DNA of 64,000 nucleotides from Dipteris shenzhenensis. Its lineage: Eukaryota. The translations under genes were made by a program, and so were the position numbers. Location: assembly GCA_047967505.1 (NCBI GenBank), contig CM106538.1; one strand, 5' to 3'. Below, in pieces: positions 62,878 through 64,000 of the stretch. Below the pieces are notes generated by a model, which worked only from the letters and a program-made list of their open reading frames with translations, did not search any database and had not been told where the DNA came from. Position 1 is the stretch's first letter; each line of letters starts with the position of its first letter.

Positions 62878-64000
62878 AAGAAAGAAAGAAAGAAAGTTTA
62901 TTTAAGTCTTCGGAAGACCGATGGGTCTATGAGACTGTGAAAATCCTAATACAACAAGCTGTGGTAGTGGAGCTACTAAACGAGCGTCCATACCAATACA
63001 AAATGCAAAAATGCAGAATGGCAGTACTAAGTCCTAAGTACAACATAGTCATGTCGATGGTCGACTATATATCAGTCTCAGCATCGTCATCAACATCATC
63101 ATGATCATCGGCAGCAGCAAGATATCAGGATGGATGAGGCAGTGGAGGCATGAGGTCGGCGATAGAGTGCTGTTGGCCACTCAAAGGTGCGGTCCTGGCA
63201 CGTCTCCTGGTCGTAGCTCTTCGTTTGACCAGGGCTACTATGACCCCCGTCGGTCGGGCTCCGACCCTAAAGAAGGAGGGGATGTCCCCAAGTGTGATCT
63301 GTGTGTCGACCCTCTGTCTGAGCTGTCGGGTCACAGGCTCCGGGTCACGGTCATGTCGAGGCCTCGTCTCGTGGGGGTCCATGTGATCTAGCTGAAAGAA
63401 CTCCGTGATAGAGCTCTGAGAGGGATCAGCCGAGGAAGAAGTCTGCTCCTGTCTCCGTGCTCAAAGTATCCTCTCACGGTGTCTAAGTGCCTCATGAATG
63501 AAACCTGCCAAACACCGCTGGTCGCGGTGGGAGAGGAAACAGGCCAAAATCCCGTAACTATCCCTGAAGAGGCAGTGGAAATGCCCTCGGATCTCATAGT
63601 ACACAGGACACCTGAAGATGAAATGCTCCTCTGTCTCAACCTCCTGCATGTCACACAGTGTGCATATGCGCCTCTCCTTGGGTAGTCACTCTGCTTGGAA
63701 CTGCCCAAGAGAGATCCTCAACGAGTGGGGTAGGTGAATCTACATGTATCCTGGTGGGTCAATAAAACCCTCCGCTGTGATATGTAAGAAGCGATCTCTA
63801 TAGAAGCGATCTCTACAGAAGCTAAGATTCACTGGGAGTTCACTCAGTCCCAACCAGGTCCGAAATATGTGTAGCTGTAGTAGATCCTCACGGATAACCT
63901 AGTTGACCTTGTGTGATAAGAGGGGAGAAAACGGAGCATCCATGGTGTACAGGAAGGGAGGTAGTCTATCCATGTGGAGCCCCAATCGCTCAAACCATCT
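62878..64000 (-). mobile_element. RTE-X-like LINE 3' part, continuing beyond the window
   Basis: VETEEHFIFRCPVYYEIRGHF. Stem-loop at 62906-62935 and (TTTC)n tail at 62878-62896. Same subfamily as 7841-8635. Confidence 0.9.

Overview
Plant nuclear DNA, almost entirely transposon-derived. The giant introns and LINE type suggest a non-seed plant such as a fern, which is an inference. One host gene is recoverable on the minus strand: a receptor-like cytoplasmic kinase similar to Arabidopsis At3g15890 (PTI1-like). Its first three coding exons (45859-45908, 19021-19168, 5084-5346) splice in frame across introns of 26,690 and 13,674 bp, and the gene continues beyond the left edge. The introns and upstream region hold nested Copia and chromodomain-Gypsy LTR elements, an L1-clade LINE and many copies of an RTE-X-like LINE group. 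Two LTR elements have matching target-site duplications (TSDs) on oppositely oriented LTRs, indicating later inversions. The most interesting signal is the RTE-X-like LINE system. (i) Its ORF2 C-terminal tail carries conserved PCNA-interaction (PIP-box)-like motifs. (ii) A covarying 3' stem-loop occurs ten times in the window. (iii) An ORF1-only non-autonomous partner carries the same stem-loop. (iv) Copies stack head-to-tail at microsatellite tails. Also notable are dense CCGTAC/GTAC clusters in two Copia leaders and a 169-bp fold-back hairpin. All comparisons were made by eye; no searches were run.
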